Origin: a virus
Lineage: Duplodnaviria; Heunggongvirae; Uroviricota; Caudoviricetes
Length of the DNA stretch: 64,000 nucleotides
Direction: 5' to 3' (one strand)
IMG/VR virus record: IMGVR_UViG_3300027807_000001
Span: 19,285-83,284 of that record
Every line of letters starts with the position of its first letter. Within the stretch, counting starts at the first letter, position 1. Below the pieces are notes generated by a model. That model had not been told where the DNA came from. It was given only the letters and a program-made list of their open reading frames with translations, and did not search any database. Made by a program: the position numbers and the translations under genes. This document shows positions 16,996-25,292 of the stretch, in pieces.

Positions 16996-17268
16996 ATGAA
17001 GTATAAGCCTGGCACCTACGTTGTTCCGCTCGAAGTTTCTCCGGAAGAATGGGAACATGCTCCCTACTATAGCATTGAAATGGATCCGTACATAGGACAG
17101 GTAGGAAAGGCTGTCTCTCAATCCCATTCTGATAAAAACGTCTACCGCGTAATCTTTGAATTGTCTGCATATGATAAAACATTCTGGTATAGAGAGCACT
17201 GGCTTAGGCTAGCAACTGAAGAGGAGATCAGGAACTACAAGTTCATTAAAAACATCCGAAGGATGTAA
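16996..17268 (+). CDS. ATEEE-tail family protein (ATEEEIRNYKFIKNI)
   Basis: family C-terminal motif. Confidence 0.5.
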   Translation: MKYKPGTYVVPLEVSPEEWEHAPYYSIEMDPYIGQVGKAVSQSHSDKNVYRVIFELSAYDKTFWYREHWLRLATEEEIRNYKFIKNIRRM

Positions 17269-17277
17269 GGAGGAGCC

Positions 17278-17532
17278 ATGAGAGTAGCGTGCCTTGTTGT
17301 CACTGCGTTTGTGCTAACGATCTTCGCAGGAAGTTTTGCTCTCATCCTCATTGAGGATCCCCCTCACCCCGACGGAGTACAATTTTTATTAGCCCACGAC
17401 AACTGCCGCATCTACGCGATTTGGAAAGATAGCCATGCTCATTTCATTAGCGTGTGTCGCAGTACCTTTGACCCTACCACTACTCGACATACCGTAGCAC
17501 CCGTTGCAAGAAAAGAGATCACCCAATTCTAA
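17278..17532 (+). CDS. membrane protein
   Basis: SD AGGAGCC; N-terminal transmembrane segment. Confidence 0.45.
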   Translation: MRVACLVVTAFVLTIFAGSFALILIEDPPHPDGVQFLLAHDNCRIYAIWKDSHAHFISVCRSTFDPTTTRHTVAPVARKEITQF

Positions 17533-17756
17533 TGGAAATTATGATCGGAAAGAGTACAACGGAATTTTTACGTACTCTTTTACTCATCACAGTCGTGGGT
17601 CTAACGTTAGTAGGCCTTCTCTTTGAAGTGGATGGTTGCATGGATTACGGAACCAACATTATTGAAAGCCAGCTTGCTATTCAGCGAAGGCAACATCTTG
17701 ACCACAAAGGAACTTACAAATGGTTCACGAAGCTACTGAAAAGGAATGTGAACTGA
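17532..17756 (+). CDS. membrane protein
   Basis: TAATG overlap; transmembrane segment LLITVVGLTLVGLLF. Confidence 0.45.
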   Translation: MEIMIGKSTTEFLRTLLLITVVGLTLVGLLFEVDGCMDYGTNIIESQLAIQRRQHLDHKGTYKWFTKLLKRNVN

Positions 17757-17889
17757 TTAAGAATCGGTTCATGCGAATGTATCCAAAGGATAAACCTCTT
17801 TCGAATTCAGAAGCAGCAATGGTCGTCATCGCACTGAAGACAGGAAGGCAGTGGTTAAGGGTTCTGAAAGAAGAAACTGCCCCGAGATA
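17721..17889 (+). CDS. hypothetical protein (56 aa)
   Basis: ATG ORF overlapping the end of the previous one; low support. Confidence 0.3.
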
Positions 17890-17914
17890 AGATTCTTATA
17901 CTAGTAGTTCTCCA

Positions 17915-17950
17915 CCTCACAAAAAGACAACTGGGCGATAAGTAAAATAT
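17915..17950 (+). promoter_or_regulatory. promoter-like element (copy 4)
   Basis: CCTCACAAAAAG-N-TAAGTAAAATAT; 18 nt before ATG 17968. Confidence 0.5.
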
Positions 17951-17967
17951 AATGAACACCAGCCATT

Positions 17968-18231
17968 ATGAAGAATAAACTGTTACTCGCCATAGCGATG
18001 ATTGTGGGGACTCTTTCTGCCTGTAAGCGCGAAGAGCAAGCGAAGAAATCTTACTGGCATCAAGAGCGATCAGGTTGGTTAGAACGATATCACGACGACG
18101 AGAAGAATGTAACCTGCTGGCTAATACCGGCAGGCCTCTCTTGCATCCCTGATTCGCAGCTGCAATCCTGCCACACAAATTTTCCATTGAATGAGTGGAC
18201 GACATCAAAGCCGCGAATCTGCCCTAGATAA
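17968..18231 (+). CDS. lipoprotein (MKNKLLLAIAMIVGTLSACKRE...)
   Basis: signal peptide with LSAC lipobox. Confidence 0.55.
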   Translation: MKNKLLLAIAMIVGTLSACKREEQAKKSYWHQERSGWLERYHDDEKNVTCWLIPAGLSCIPDSQLQSCHTNFPLNEWTTSKPRICPR

Positions 18232-18237
18232 ATAAAT

Positions 18238-18432
18238 TTGCTGGTGCGCTTCTTAATACAACAAAGGACCAGGATATTAAAGACAATGATAAAATATGTA
18301 CATGGGCTTAACTTGGTCACAGCAGCTCTATGCCTTCACGGCGCCATGGACGCGTTTAAAAGAGGCTGGAAAGCTATCGCTTTGACTAATTTTCTTCTGG
18401 CTGTAACGAATGTACTTGTCGTATTCTTCTAA
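18238..18432 (+). CDS. small two-transmembrane protein (holin-like topology, speculative)
   Basis: two hydrophobic segments; 64 aa. Confidence 0.4.
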   Translation: MLVRFLIQQRTRILKTMIKYVHGLNLVTAALCLHGAMDAFKRGWKAIALTNFLLAVTNVLVVFF

Positions 18433-18443
18433 GAGGAGACTCC

Positions 18444-18584
18444 ATGAAATACAAGAGCTACAACGAGCCGGGCAGCGATCGTCGCAAGAGGAAGTATTCT
18501 CGCCGCGAAGTGTATTCGTTCAATCGCGAGCTTCACACCTCCAGATCGAAGAAGGAAGCTCGCGCTAAGGATTCCGCCAAGTAA
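18444..18584 (+). CDS. small basic protein (46 aa)
   Basis: SD GAGGAGAC; R/K-rich. Confidence 0.35.
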   Translation: MKYKSYNEPGSDRRKRKYSRREVYSFNRELHTSRSKKEARAKDSAK

Positions 18585-18631
18585 TAGCAGGTCGCTAGGT
18601 TAATAGTAGTGTCAGCAGAAGAGGAGAAGAG

Positions 18632-18760
18632 ATGAAGAATCTGAAGCGCAGGAGAGGTCGCCCTCAAGATCTCACGGAGAAAGACGTTCAGAAGATCATT
18701 CGGGGAGTCAGACATAACTGGCTGATCGAGCGAGAGAAGCTTCTCTTGAAGAACAATTAA
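18632..18760 (+). CDS. small basic protein (42 aa)
   Basis: SD GAGGAGAAGAG. Confidence 0.35.
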   Translation: MKNLKRRRGRPQDLTEKDVQKIIRGVRHNWLIEREKLLLKNN

Positions 18761-18786
18761 CCTCCCTTTAAACAAGGAGGAGTAAC

Positions 18787-18915
18787 ATGAAGTTGCTAAG
18801 CAAGACGATGGGAGTAATATCTCTTATCGTCATCGTAGTAGGGCTAGTATTGTGCCTCAATGCACGGGCTAATGTGGAACCGTGTGTCTGGCCTAACCAC
18901 TGCATCACCAAGTAA
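18787..18915 (+). CDS. small membrane protein (42 aa)
   Basis: SD AAGGAGGAG; transmembrane segment. Confidence 0.35.
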   Translation: MKLLSKTMGVISLIVIVVGLVLCLNARANVEPCVWPNHCITK

Positions 18916-18974
18916 AAGAAAGCTTAGGCTTTGGAAATACAGAGTCTAAGCCAATTTTGTTTACAGGAGAGCAT

Positions 18975-19223
18975 ATGATCCCGAAAATCCTTGGAGTCGT
19001 AGTTGTCGCCACACTTGTCGGGATGTTGATCTACAATCCGCAGGCGCAGTGGAACAACCACTGGAAGAATGTACAGCAAGAAGAAGTCTTCCCTGACAAC
19101 GCTCTTATTCACCAGAAGATGTTAAATGAACATGTCCCTCCGATCTTTACGTCGAAGCCTCCATTCTTTGGAATGGGAGATACGATGTCGTATTTGATTC
19201 ACGGCGATCAGACGAAGAAGTAA
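18975..19223 (+). CDS. membrane protein
   Basis: SD ACAGGAGAGCAT; track start 18957 is further upstream. Confidence 0.45.
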   Translation: MIPKILGVVVVATLVGMLIYNPQAQWNNHWKNVQQEEVFPDNALIHQKMLNEHVPPIFTSKPPFFGMGDTMSYLIHGDQTKK

Positions 19224-19245
19224 TATCTACGTAAGGAGAAATCAA

Positions 19246-19395
19246 ATGGCCGATCCACAAGGTATGGACACAAAACAGTTGGTCAGCTATCTTTGGACCA
19301 ATCGCAACAACCCGAGGAAGCTGACGGAGGTGGGTTTCGGAGTCGCCGACGCCCAGTCCTACTTCAGGCGCTTCCCGCAGTTCGTTCCGAAGTAG
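19246..19395 (+). CDS. hypothetical protein (49 aa)
   Basis: SD TAAGGAGAAATCAAATG. Confidence 0.4.
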   Translation: MADPQGMDTKQLVSYLWTNRNNPRKLTEVGFGVADAQSYFRRFPQFVPK

Positions 19396-19440
19396 ATTTC
19401 GCGGGGTCGCACCCTGCGGGTAACTTCCGCCTTTGGAAGA

Positions 19441-19471
19441 GTTAGCCACGGCATAGAGCCGTGCATAATTT
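19441..19471 (+). promoter_or_regulatory. bipartite leader element, compact copy (GTTAGCCACGG-cataga-GCCGTGCATAATTT)
   Basis: same conserved flanks closing a 6-bp hairpin. Confidence 0.4.
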
Positions 19472-19736
19472 AGTTCAGCGAAGGCTGACTAGAACTTACG
19501 CGAAGAAGCTCTCTGGGTTGCAATTGGGCTTCTTCGCGTAATTACGAGAGGGAGATGAACAGCCCTTCAGAGATAATTTCCCTCTCGACCAATTTGGGAG
19601 TGATAGCCCAGACAGACACTCGGACAGCTACAAGGGGCTATAGAGTGTCAGATGCGGATCGAATGCCTCATCCATATCGATCCTCTACAGGTGTATGTAA
19701 AGAACGAGATACACTTGAACTAGCCCATAGGCTAGA

Positions 19737-19793
19737 GTAAGTCACTCCTCATGAGAGTTCGTTTAATCAGAGTGAGGGGTGCACAATTCATTT
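19737..19793 (+). promoter_or_regulatory. bipartite leader element variant (AGTCAC-hairpin-GGGTGCACAATTCATTT) just before tRNA
   Basis: 3' flank identical to the copies at 50588 and 51067; CACTCCTCA/TGAGGGGTG stem. Confidence 0.4.
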
Positions 19794-19795
19794 GT

Positions 19796-19869
19796 GGGCT
19801 CTTAGCTTAGTTGGTCAAAGCACCGACCTCATAAGTCGGCAATCATTGGTTCGAGTCCAATAGGGCCCA
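19796..19869 (+). tRNA. tRNA-Met or tRNA-Ile2 (anticodon CAT)
   Basis: cloverleaf: acceptor GGGCTCT/AGGGCCC, anticodon arm CCGAC-CTCATAA-GTCGG, T-arm ATTGG-TTCGAGT-CCAAT; CCA not encoded. Confidence 0.7.
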
Positions 19870-20057
19870 GATTTTGTAAGAGGGATAGTCACACGCAGTA
19901 GACTCAAACCAATAAGATCTACTGTAGATGGATCAAACAGTTGCGAGGAGGAAGAGGCTGCCGCATAAGGGCCCCAACTGAACCTCGGCAAGCCAACTGT
20001 GCTAGGCGTAGCTTGACGCTGAATTTGCCCCTCTTACTTACTTCTTAAGGAGGCTGT

Positions 20058-20294
20058 ATGCCTGAAGCCAAGCAGACTGTTTACACCGTCACCCTCAATG
20101 AAGAGAAACCTCCCCTCATGGTAGGGGAGACAGTTTACCACAACAATCCTATCCTCAATATTGTCTTCACCGGCAAGGGCTACCCCTCCACTCTAAAAGT
20201 GGGAGTAGGGAAGGTTCGCATGATTCTTCATGCTCTCCCGGAGCTCGTCGCCTTCTACGAGAAGTATAAGGGGAACCTTAGCTCAGCCGATTAG
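20058..20294 (+). CDS. hypothetical protein
   Basis: SD TAAGGAGGCTGT then ATG. Confidence 0.5.
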   Translation: MPEAKQTVYTVTLNEEKPPLMVGETVYHNNPILNIVFTGKGYPSTLKVGVGKVRMILHALPELVAFYEKYKGNLSSAD

Positions 20295-20407
20295 ATAAGT
20301 TTTGTCTCGAGAAAGCGCAAGGATTTGCGCGAACAACCCTGCTGGGAAGTCGGGGAGATCCTGCGATTGTAACGGACCTTAATCCACGAATTTGTCGGAG
20401 GAATACT

Positions 20408-20638
20408 ATGTCGCGCAAGAAGAATAACTGCTGTAAGCTATACCGCACATCTAGAGGGGGCTCTCTTAATCTAGAAATACACTCGGATTATTGCGTGACA
20501 CTCCAGCAGTGCGGTTGTGGCACTAAAGGATGTAAGGACATCCCTGAACTAACCCAGAAAGAAATGGAGAATGCTTACCGCTGCTTCTTTACTCCTGAGA
20601 AGAAACAGGAGCGCGAGAAGATCTCCAGGGAACTTTAA
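20408..20638 (+). CDS. Cys-rich hypothetical protein (NNCCKLYRT...CGCGTKGC)
   Basis: SD GGAGG; CC motif distantly resembling the LCC family. Confidence 0.5.
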   Translation: MSRKKNNCCKLYRTSRGGSLNLEIHSDYCVTLQQCGCGTKGCKDIPELTQKEMENAYRCFFTPEKKQEREKISREL

Positions 20639-20651
20639 GATCAATTGTTCT

Positions 20652-20885
20652 ATGAACAAGGGTATCTGTTGTTTAATTAACCCCTGCGTTAAGTGTCGAA
20701 TCTGCAACGAGAGCTGGTGCGAAGAACACTGGTTTGGGGTCGTTGACTCCAACACTGCTACCTCCCATTCATCTTCTTCCAATGAGTATGGTGGATGGGG
20801 AGTTTGCCCAAAGACCAAGCAGCACGTGCGATGGGATTCATCCAACTCTACTCGAGATTCGATATCTTGGATTTGCGCCGCTTAA
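20652..20885 (+). CDS. LCC-family mini-protein (ICCLINP)
   Basis: MNKGICCLINPCVKCRICNESWC; track start 20571 lies inside the previous gene. Confidence 0.55.
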   Translation: MNKGICCLINPCVKCRICNESWCEEHWFGVVDSNTATSHSSSSNEYGGWGVCPKTKQHVRWDSSNSTRDSISWICAA

Positions 20886-21012
20886 GATCTTCCTTCCGCT
20901 AGTTTGGAAGGAATAGACACGTTAGTCTTCAACTGAAGACAGCTGTCGAAAGGTTAACGAGGCTAAACCTTACAAAACCTCGAGTACGATAACGCTCAAC
21001 TCGAGCGTTCAA

Positions 21013-21399
21013 ATGACCGGAACAGGAGCTCCTGAAATCCTAGTTAGTCACGGAGCGCGTCGCGAGGATTGGTGCTATCGAGAGATAGCACTTGGCGGAC
21101 ACCTCCAGGTGTTCGTTCATTTTCAAGTCCACACGAACATCCGTGCTATATTTATGGGCTCACCTCCTCCTGATGGTAGAGAACTTTGTTGCCAAATCAA
21201 CCCTGCTCCTCTTTACATCATTCATAACAAGAAGATGGAGTACAAATTATGCGCGTTCTGCACACAGCCTATCTGTGAGCTGTGCATCGAAACATATAAG
21301 GCCTTAGACTTTTATCACCACAAATCTTGCAGAGATACGTGTCCTCACGATCGAAAGCATCATACCTTCTTCGCTCCCGATTTCGCGGCTTCTCCGTAG
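21013..21399 (+). CDS. LCC-family protein (LCCQINP), possibly starting at an internal ATG near 21157
   Basis: LCCQINPAPLY...CAFCTQPIC. Confidence 0.5.
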   Translation: MTGTGAPEILVSHGARREDWCYREIALGGHLQVFVHFQVHTNIRAIFMGSPPPDGRELCCQINPAPLYIIHNKKMEYKLCAFCTQPICELCIETYKALDFYHHKSCRDTCPHDRKHHTFFAPDFAASP

Positions 21400-21543
21400 A
21401 AAGATGGAACAATATAGATGCCTTGAGTGCAACCATTCGTGGGAAGCCTCCACAGGACCTCAAACGTGTTCCTGTAAATCAATTTGGGTGTTATGGATTA
21501 ACCATCCACTCATTCAGAAGTACTCCTAAGTCTACCCAACAAC

Positions 21544-21615
21544 GCCCTGTTAGTCTTAATGGTAGAGCGCTCCCTTTACACGGGAGAGAAAGAGGTTCGA
21601 TTCCTCTACGGGGCA
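21544..21615 (+). tRNA. tRNA-Val (anticodon TAC)
   Basis: acceptor GCCCTGT/ACGGGGC, anticodon arm CTCCC-TTTACAC-GGGAG, T-arm AGAGG-TTCGATT-CCTCT, CCA encoded to 21618. Confidence 0.7.
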
Positions 21616-21622
21616 CCACTTT

Positions 21623-21817
21623 ATGAAATGGCCAGACGGGAGGGATCTCTGCTGCACTGTCAATAGTTCATGGTTATGCTGCACTTTATGTCGTAATCCG
21701 ATATGCGACACCTGCGGTGAATCTTATAAGGTAGAAGGATATTTCCACCATCGCCGCTGCTGGACTGCATGTCCTCATGGCGCATTTTTTCATAGTCGAT
21801 TCGACGACAGACAATAA
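21623..21817 (+). CDS. LCC-family mini-protein (LCCTVN)
   Basis: motif DLCCTVNSSWLCCTLCRNPICDTC; starts 5 nt after tRNA. Confidence 0.55.
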   Translation: MKWPDGRDLCCTVNSSWLCCTLCRNPICDTCGESYKVEGYFHHRRCWTACPHGAFFHSRFDDRQ

Positions 21818-21832
21818 AGAGAATTCAACCCC

Positions 21833-22216
21833 ATGAAAAGTTCTTGGACCACTCCCGAAATGTCGCTCTCTCAAAGCTGGATGAGAACTGCTCTGGAAGA
21901 AATGTTCGTTGCGCTACGACGTCAAGGACAAGGACTAACTTTGGATCAAGAAGATGTCATCTGGGCTACTATGGGAATGCCTCGATATCCTACTCCTCTT
22001 GTTCGTAAAGGTATCGGAGTGAATGATACTCTCTCGCCCTCTGCGCCAGCTCCCGCTGCTCCCGCTGCTCCCTTACCTGCTAAGGCAGGGGATACGCTAA
22101 GCTTTCCCTCTCCTATCGCGGAAGACACAGAGATGCTAGAGGCGCCGCGGATCGATATCACTCAGACCGATGAATATAAAGCAATGCTAAAGGCACGCCA
22201 GGAGAGAGGATCATGA
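21833..22216 (+). CDS. hypothetical protein with P/A-rich linker
   Basis: ATG ORF of 127 aa. Confidence 0.5.
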   Translation: MKSSWTTPEMSLSQSWMRTALEEMFVALRRQGQGLTLDQEDVIWATMGMPRYPTPLVRKGIGVNDTLSPSAPAPAAPAAPLPAKAGDTLSFPSPIAEDTEMLEAPRIDITQTDEYKAMLKARQERGS

Positions 22217-22350
22217 CGATAGGATCAGGGATCGCTGTCGTAGGGATTTGGCTTGGAGTAGGGATAATCAGCAATAGAGATCCTGCCCGCGGCATGTTTG
22301 CCGCATTCTTCGCAACATTCGCTACAATGATGGTTTGCGCTCCAAAGTAA
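22213..22350 (+). CDS. small membrane protein (45 aa)
   Basis: ATGA overlap; hydrophobic. Confidence 0.3.
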   Translation: MTIGSGIAVVGIWLGVGIISNRDPARGMFAAFFATFATMMVCAPK

Positions 22351-22408
22351 TATAACCTGTAGCCGTAAGGCTATGATAGCTCCGCCCTTCAGCACCGTCA
22401 ATAGGGTA

Positions 22409-22490
22409 GTTAGTCACGATTGTTAACTGGGACAGAGGGAGACGAAAGTCAACATTACCTCATACCGAGTTAATATACCGTGCACATTTA
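22409..22490 (+). promoter_or_regulatory. bipartite leader element (copy d) GTTAGTCACG-N59-CCGTGCACATTTA
   Basis: conserved flanks; inside the 600-nt non-coding region. Confidence 0.4.
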
Positions 22491-22961
22491 AATCTAGGCG
22501 GCAAAGATGGTCCTATATGGAATAGACTTCGTCTTTAATGTCTAGCGAGATATCGGGGCTCCAAGCCCCTTGACCGCTTAACCAATGTGGGAGCGGCGGT
22601 CAGATAAACCCTCGGCAGCGGAGGGCAATACAGCTGAGCAGGAAGATCGCCTATCCCACAGCATCTTACTTGACAATGCAAGTCATGAAGAAGCTGAAGG
22701 CCCTCAGAGACATAGGTAACGTCTACGGTACAGTAGGAGAGAGGTCCATCCACTTTCCGTGCAAGGAAAGTAACGGTGCGCGCCATACACCCTGTACCTC
22801 ATTTTGGTGAACCAGAGCACCTACATAACCTCGAGTGGTCTTATATACGATTCCACGCTTGCAGAGGTTCTCTGGCGGTAGACTAGAAAGGACATCTAGT
22901 CTTCTAAAGTACCTTGCGCAGGGCAAGTAAAAACCTGAAGTCCAAACCAAGGGAGAAGAAC

Positions 22962-23246
22962 ATGAAAGCCATCGATGGTATCGACCTGAAGACAGAGCTC
23001 GCTGCTGTCCAGCAGCAGGAGCTCGAAGAGCAGAAGCAGAAGCTGCGCGTCAAGATCGCGCATATCCGCGGCCAGCATTCCGAGGCAGCGGGTTCAGTCA
23101 GGAAGCTTCGAAAGGACTTGGAGAAGGCCGAAGCTTCCCTGGCGAAGCATCAGGCGCGACTCGCCAAGCTGGAAGCTGGCGACTGGTCCGTTCTCGACGA
23201 GGAGAAGGATCAGAAGCAGGGCAATCAGACTCCTGCTGCAGAGTAA
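22962..23246 (+). CDS. coiled-coil hypothetical protein
   Basis: SD AGGGAGAAGAACATG; track start 22914 is earlier. Confidence 0.5.
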   Translation: MKAIDGIDLKTELAAVQQQELEEQKQKLRVKIAHIRGQHSEAAGSVRKLRKDLEKAEASLAKHQARLAKLEAGDWSVLDEEKDQKQGNQTPAAE

Positions 23247-23283
23247 TTAGCCAGGTCCACTACAGTACACGAAAGACCTAACA

Positions 23284-23333
23284 AGATAGCGCACGTATGG
23301 AAGTAGATATAAGACTCCATACGTGCGCTATCT
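23284..23333 (+). terminator. 18-bp perfect hairpin AGATAGCGCACGTATGGA/TCCATACGTGCGCTATCT (possible terminator or processing site)
   Basis: perfect inverted repeat 38 nt after the stop codon; weak T-tract. Confidence 0.4.
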
Positions 23334-23339
23334 CTTAAG

Positions 23340-23675
23340 TTGGAAACCATGCCCAGACTATATTGGCTTACATTAGAGGTAACTTCCGTAATAATGGCAT
23401 TTGATGGGATAGTAACGGCTGTTTATAGTCGCCTCTTCAATGGCGAAGGGTGGGAAAGTTGCGCTTGCGGTAAGCGGTTTTTCCGTGACCCTTTTTACAG
23501 AGATGAACCAAAGTCAGTTATTGTAGTATGGGCGTACTTGCTATTCCTTCTTTACCTATACTTGCCTTTAATAATCCCCTCAGAAATAGCCCAGAGACTT
23601 TTTCACCAACGAAAGTGTCTGCCATATCAATTAAGTAAAATTCACCATGAAGATGACACCACGTCAAATTATTGA
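23340..23675 (+). CDS. membrane protein
   Basis: hydrophobic segments; 111 aa. Confidence 0.5.
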   Translation: METMPRLYWLTLEVTSVIMAFDGIVTAVYSRLFNGEGWESCACGKRFFRDPFYRDEPKSVIVVWAYLLFLLYLYLPLIIPSEIAQRLFHQRKCLPYQLSKIHHEDDTTSNY

Positions 23676-23844
23676 TGAACTTGCAAAGATGGATTATCGC
23701 GAGATGAAAGAGTTTCGAGTCCGTCTTATGGAGTATCTCGGGATCGACTTAGGACCTGACGATGGCTTAAGTTCTTCCGTTGCAGCAGGCCCAAAGCAAC
23801 CTGTCTTGACAGGGGAGGCGAAGAAGTTCATCGACAGCCTATGA
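23647..23844 (+). CDS. hypothetical protein
   Basis: 65 aa, overlapping the previous by 29 nt. Confidence 0.45.
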   Translation: MKMTPRQIIDELAKMDYREMKEFRVRLMEYLGIDLGPDDGLSSSVAAGPKQPVLTGEAKKFIDSL

Positions 23845-24014
23845 ATTACGCTCACATTGACGAAGTCATGAAGGCATATGAGAAGTCAAAGGCGCGGGGC
23901 CTCATGTACAAGAAGTTTCGACTCAACGACGAATCCACCATCAAAAACCTTTCCTTCGGTGACTCGTGGGCACTAGGAGAGCAGCTGATCGCTGAACGAT
24001 GGGGACTCGTATGA
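23841..24014 (+). CDS. hypothetical protein (57 aa)
   Basis: ATGA overlap. Confidence 0.35.
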   Translation: MNYAHIDEVMKAYEKSKARGLMYKKFRLNDESTIKNLSFGDSWALGEQLIAERWGLV

Positions 24015-24220
24015 CTCCTCCTCTCTGCTCATGTCCAACGTCCAACCCAGAAACATTTTGGACTCTCCTCCACGACCTAGCGCACTGGGAATTTGAAGGC
24101 TTTCTCATGCTCATAGACAATTTTGTCATCGGAGGACTAGTGTTAGGACTTCTGTGGCCTAAGATTAAGGAACACTGGGCGCACCACCTCGCTCGCGATA
24201 AGATGGACGGCATTAAATGA
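24011..24220 (+). CDS. hypothetical membrane protein
   Basis: ATGA overlap; FLMLIDNFVIGGLVLGLLW. Confidence 0.45.
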   Translation: MTPPLCSCPTSNPETFWTLLHDLAHWEFEGFLMLIDNFVIGGLVLGLLWPKIKEHWAHHLARDKMDGIK

Positions 24221-24270
24221 ACGCAAGTGAGATACCCCAAGATTGTTTCAACTGCGCAGTTAAATTGGAC

Positions 24271-24343
24271 GGCCTCATAGCTTAATGGATAAAGCCCTCG
24301 CCTTCTAAGCGAGTTATTCCAGGTTCAATTCCTGGTGAGGCCA
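24271..24343 (+). tRNA. tRNA-Arg (anticodon TCT)
   Basis: acceptor GGCCTCA/TGAGGCC, anticodon arm CTCGC-CTTCTAA-GCGAG, T-arm CCAGG-TTCAATT-CCTGG. Confidence 0.75.
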
Positions 24344-24348
24344 AATTT

Positions 24349-24465
24349 ATGGTTAAGTTCAAATCAAGATTATGTTGTCTTGTCAACCCATTCGCCGAAT
24401 GCAAATACTGCAGAACAAAAATTTGTTCTGCATGCCAAAGAGCTCTCGGGGCCCTACATACCTAA
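24349..24465 (+). CDS. LCC-family mini-protein (LCCLVNP), 38 aa
   Basis: MVKFKSRLCCLVNPFAECKYCRTKICSAC; starts 6 nt after tRNA-Arg; below track cutoff. Confidence 0.5.
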   Translation: MVKFKSRLCCLVNPFAECKYCRTKICSACQRALGALHT

Positions 24466-24490
24466 TAATGGTACAAGAAGTTAATGACCC

Positions 24491-24739
24491 ATGCGCAGAA
24501 GATGGACTTATAGATTCCAGAGGGTATCACTGGTGGATCTAGTCTCGAATAAAGATAAGACTGCGCTTCCCTGTATTATAAATGGGTGTCAAGAGTGCAA
24601 ACTCATACGCCTTGTCTGTAATATATTGAAGCACAATCGCGACGAATCATTTCGTCAACTAGATAAGCCTGCTATACTCCACTGTAGATGGTGTGGCCAC
24701 GAATTGTCTAAGTCTGCTTTTAAAAGAGTTATCCAGTAA
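24491..24739 (+). CDS. Cys-rich subfamily B protein (LPCIINGCQEC)
   Basis: subfamily B motif; CRWCGHEL. Confidence 0.5.
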   Translation: MRRRWTYRFQRVSLVDLVSNKDKTALPCIINGCQECKLIRLVCNILKHNRDESFRQLDKPAILHCRWCGHELSKSAFKRVIQ

Positions 24740-24945
24740 TGACTAAGTTTGTGCCACAATTATGCTGTAGAGTTAATCCTCGTGTCAAGTGCAAATGCGG
24801 CGCCGTCGCATGTGTAACGTGCCTGGAAGCTGTTTCTTATGAAAATTCCCCTTGGAGGATTCTCAAGTCGCCTGAATCAAATGACCCCTGTGCGGATGAA
24901 GGGAACCTAGATTCTAGGGGATACCATTGGTGGAGAATAGCGTGA
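24739..24945 (+). CDS. LCC-family mini-protein (LCCRVNP)
   Basis: TAATG overlap; LCCRVNPRVKCKCGAVACVTC. Confidence 0.55.
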   Translation: MTKFVPQLCCRVNPRVKCKCGAVACVTCLEAVSYENSPWRILKSPESNDPCADEGNLDSRGYHWWRIA

Positions 24946-25292
24946 ATCATCCTAAAAATTGCTTAGTCTGTAGTGTACAACGCCCTACAGGTCGACTCGA
25001 GATGTGGGAGTATAAGGAAGGAGAAAAAACTATCGCCGGGTTAATTTTCGGAGATTCTAAAGGAAGATGGGAGGATGGTCATTGGATTCGCTCTTCTCTT
25101 CTCAAGAATCTCGACATCGAGAATGGTCACGCACTCACACTGAATTCCCTATACGTGCTTGGGGAAAGATCAAACAAGTGTCTTCGCTGTTATCGAGGCA
25201 CTGTCTCCGATGACAATCTATCAAGGCGTCTTGGAGCATGTGTAGCGTGTCAACAGAAGGGAATTGTCTCCAGCAAGGTATCAAATGAATAG
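24927..25292 (+). CDS. hypothetical Cys-containing protein
   Basis: 121 aa ORF. Confidence 0.45.
   Translation: MVENSVNHPKNCLVCSVQRPTGRLEMWEYKEGEKTIAGLIFGDSKGRWEDGHWIRSSLLKNLDIENGHALTLNSLYVLGERSNKCLRCYRGTVSDDNLSRRLGACVACQQKGIVSSKVSNE

Noticed and set aside
19796-19869. initiator tRNA-fMet
   Set aside because: The anticodon stem lacks the three consecutive G-C pairs typical of initiators, so elongator Met or Ile2(CAT) is more likely.
22351-22961. RNase P RNA or group I intron
   Set aside because: I looked for GGAAAGUCCGGGCUC or ACAGAACCCGGCUUA-type RNase P signatures and P7-like intron motifs and found only weak partial resemblance. It is left as an unassigned non-coding region.
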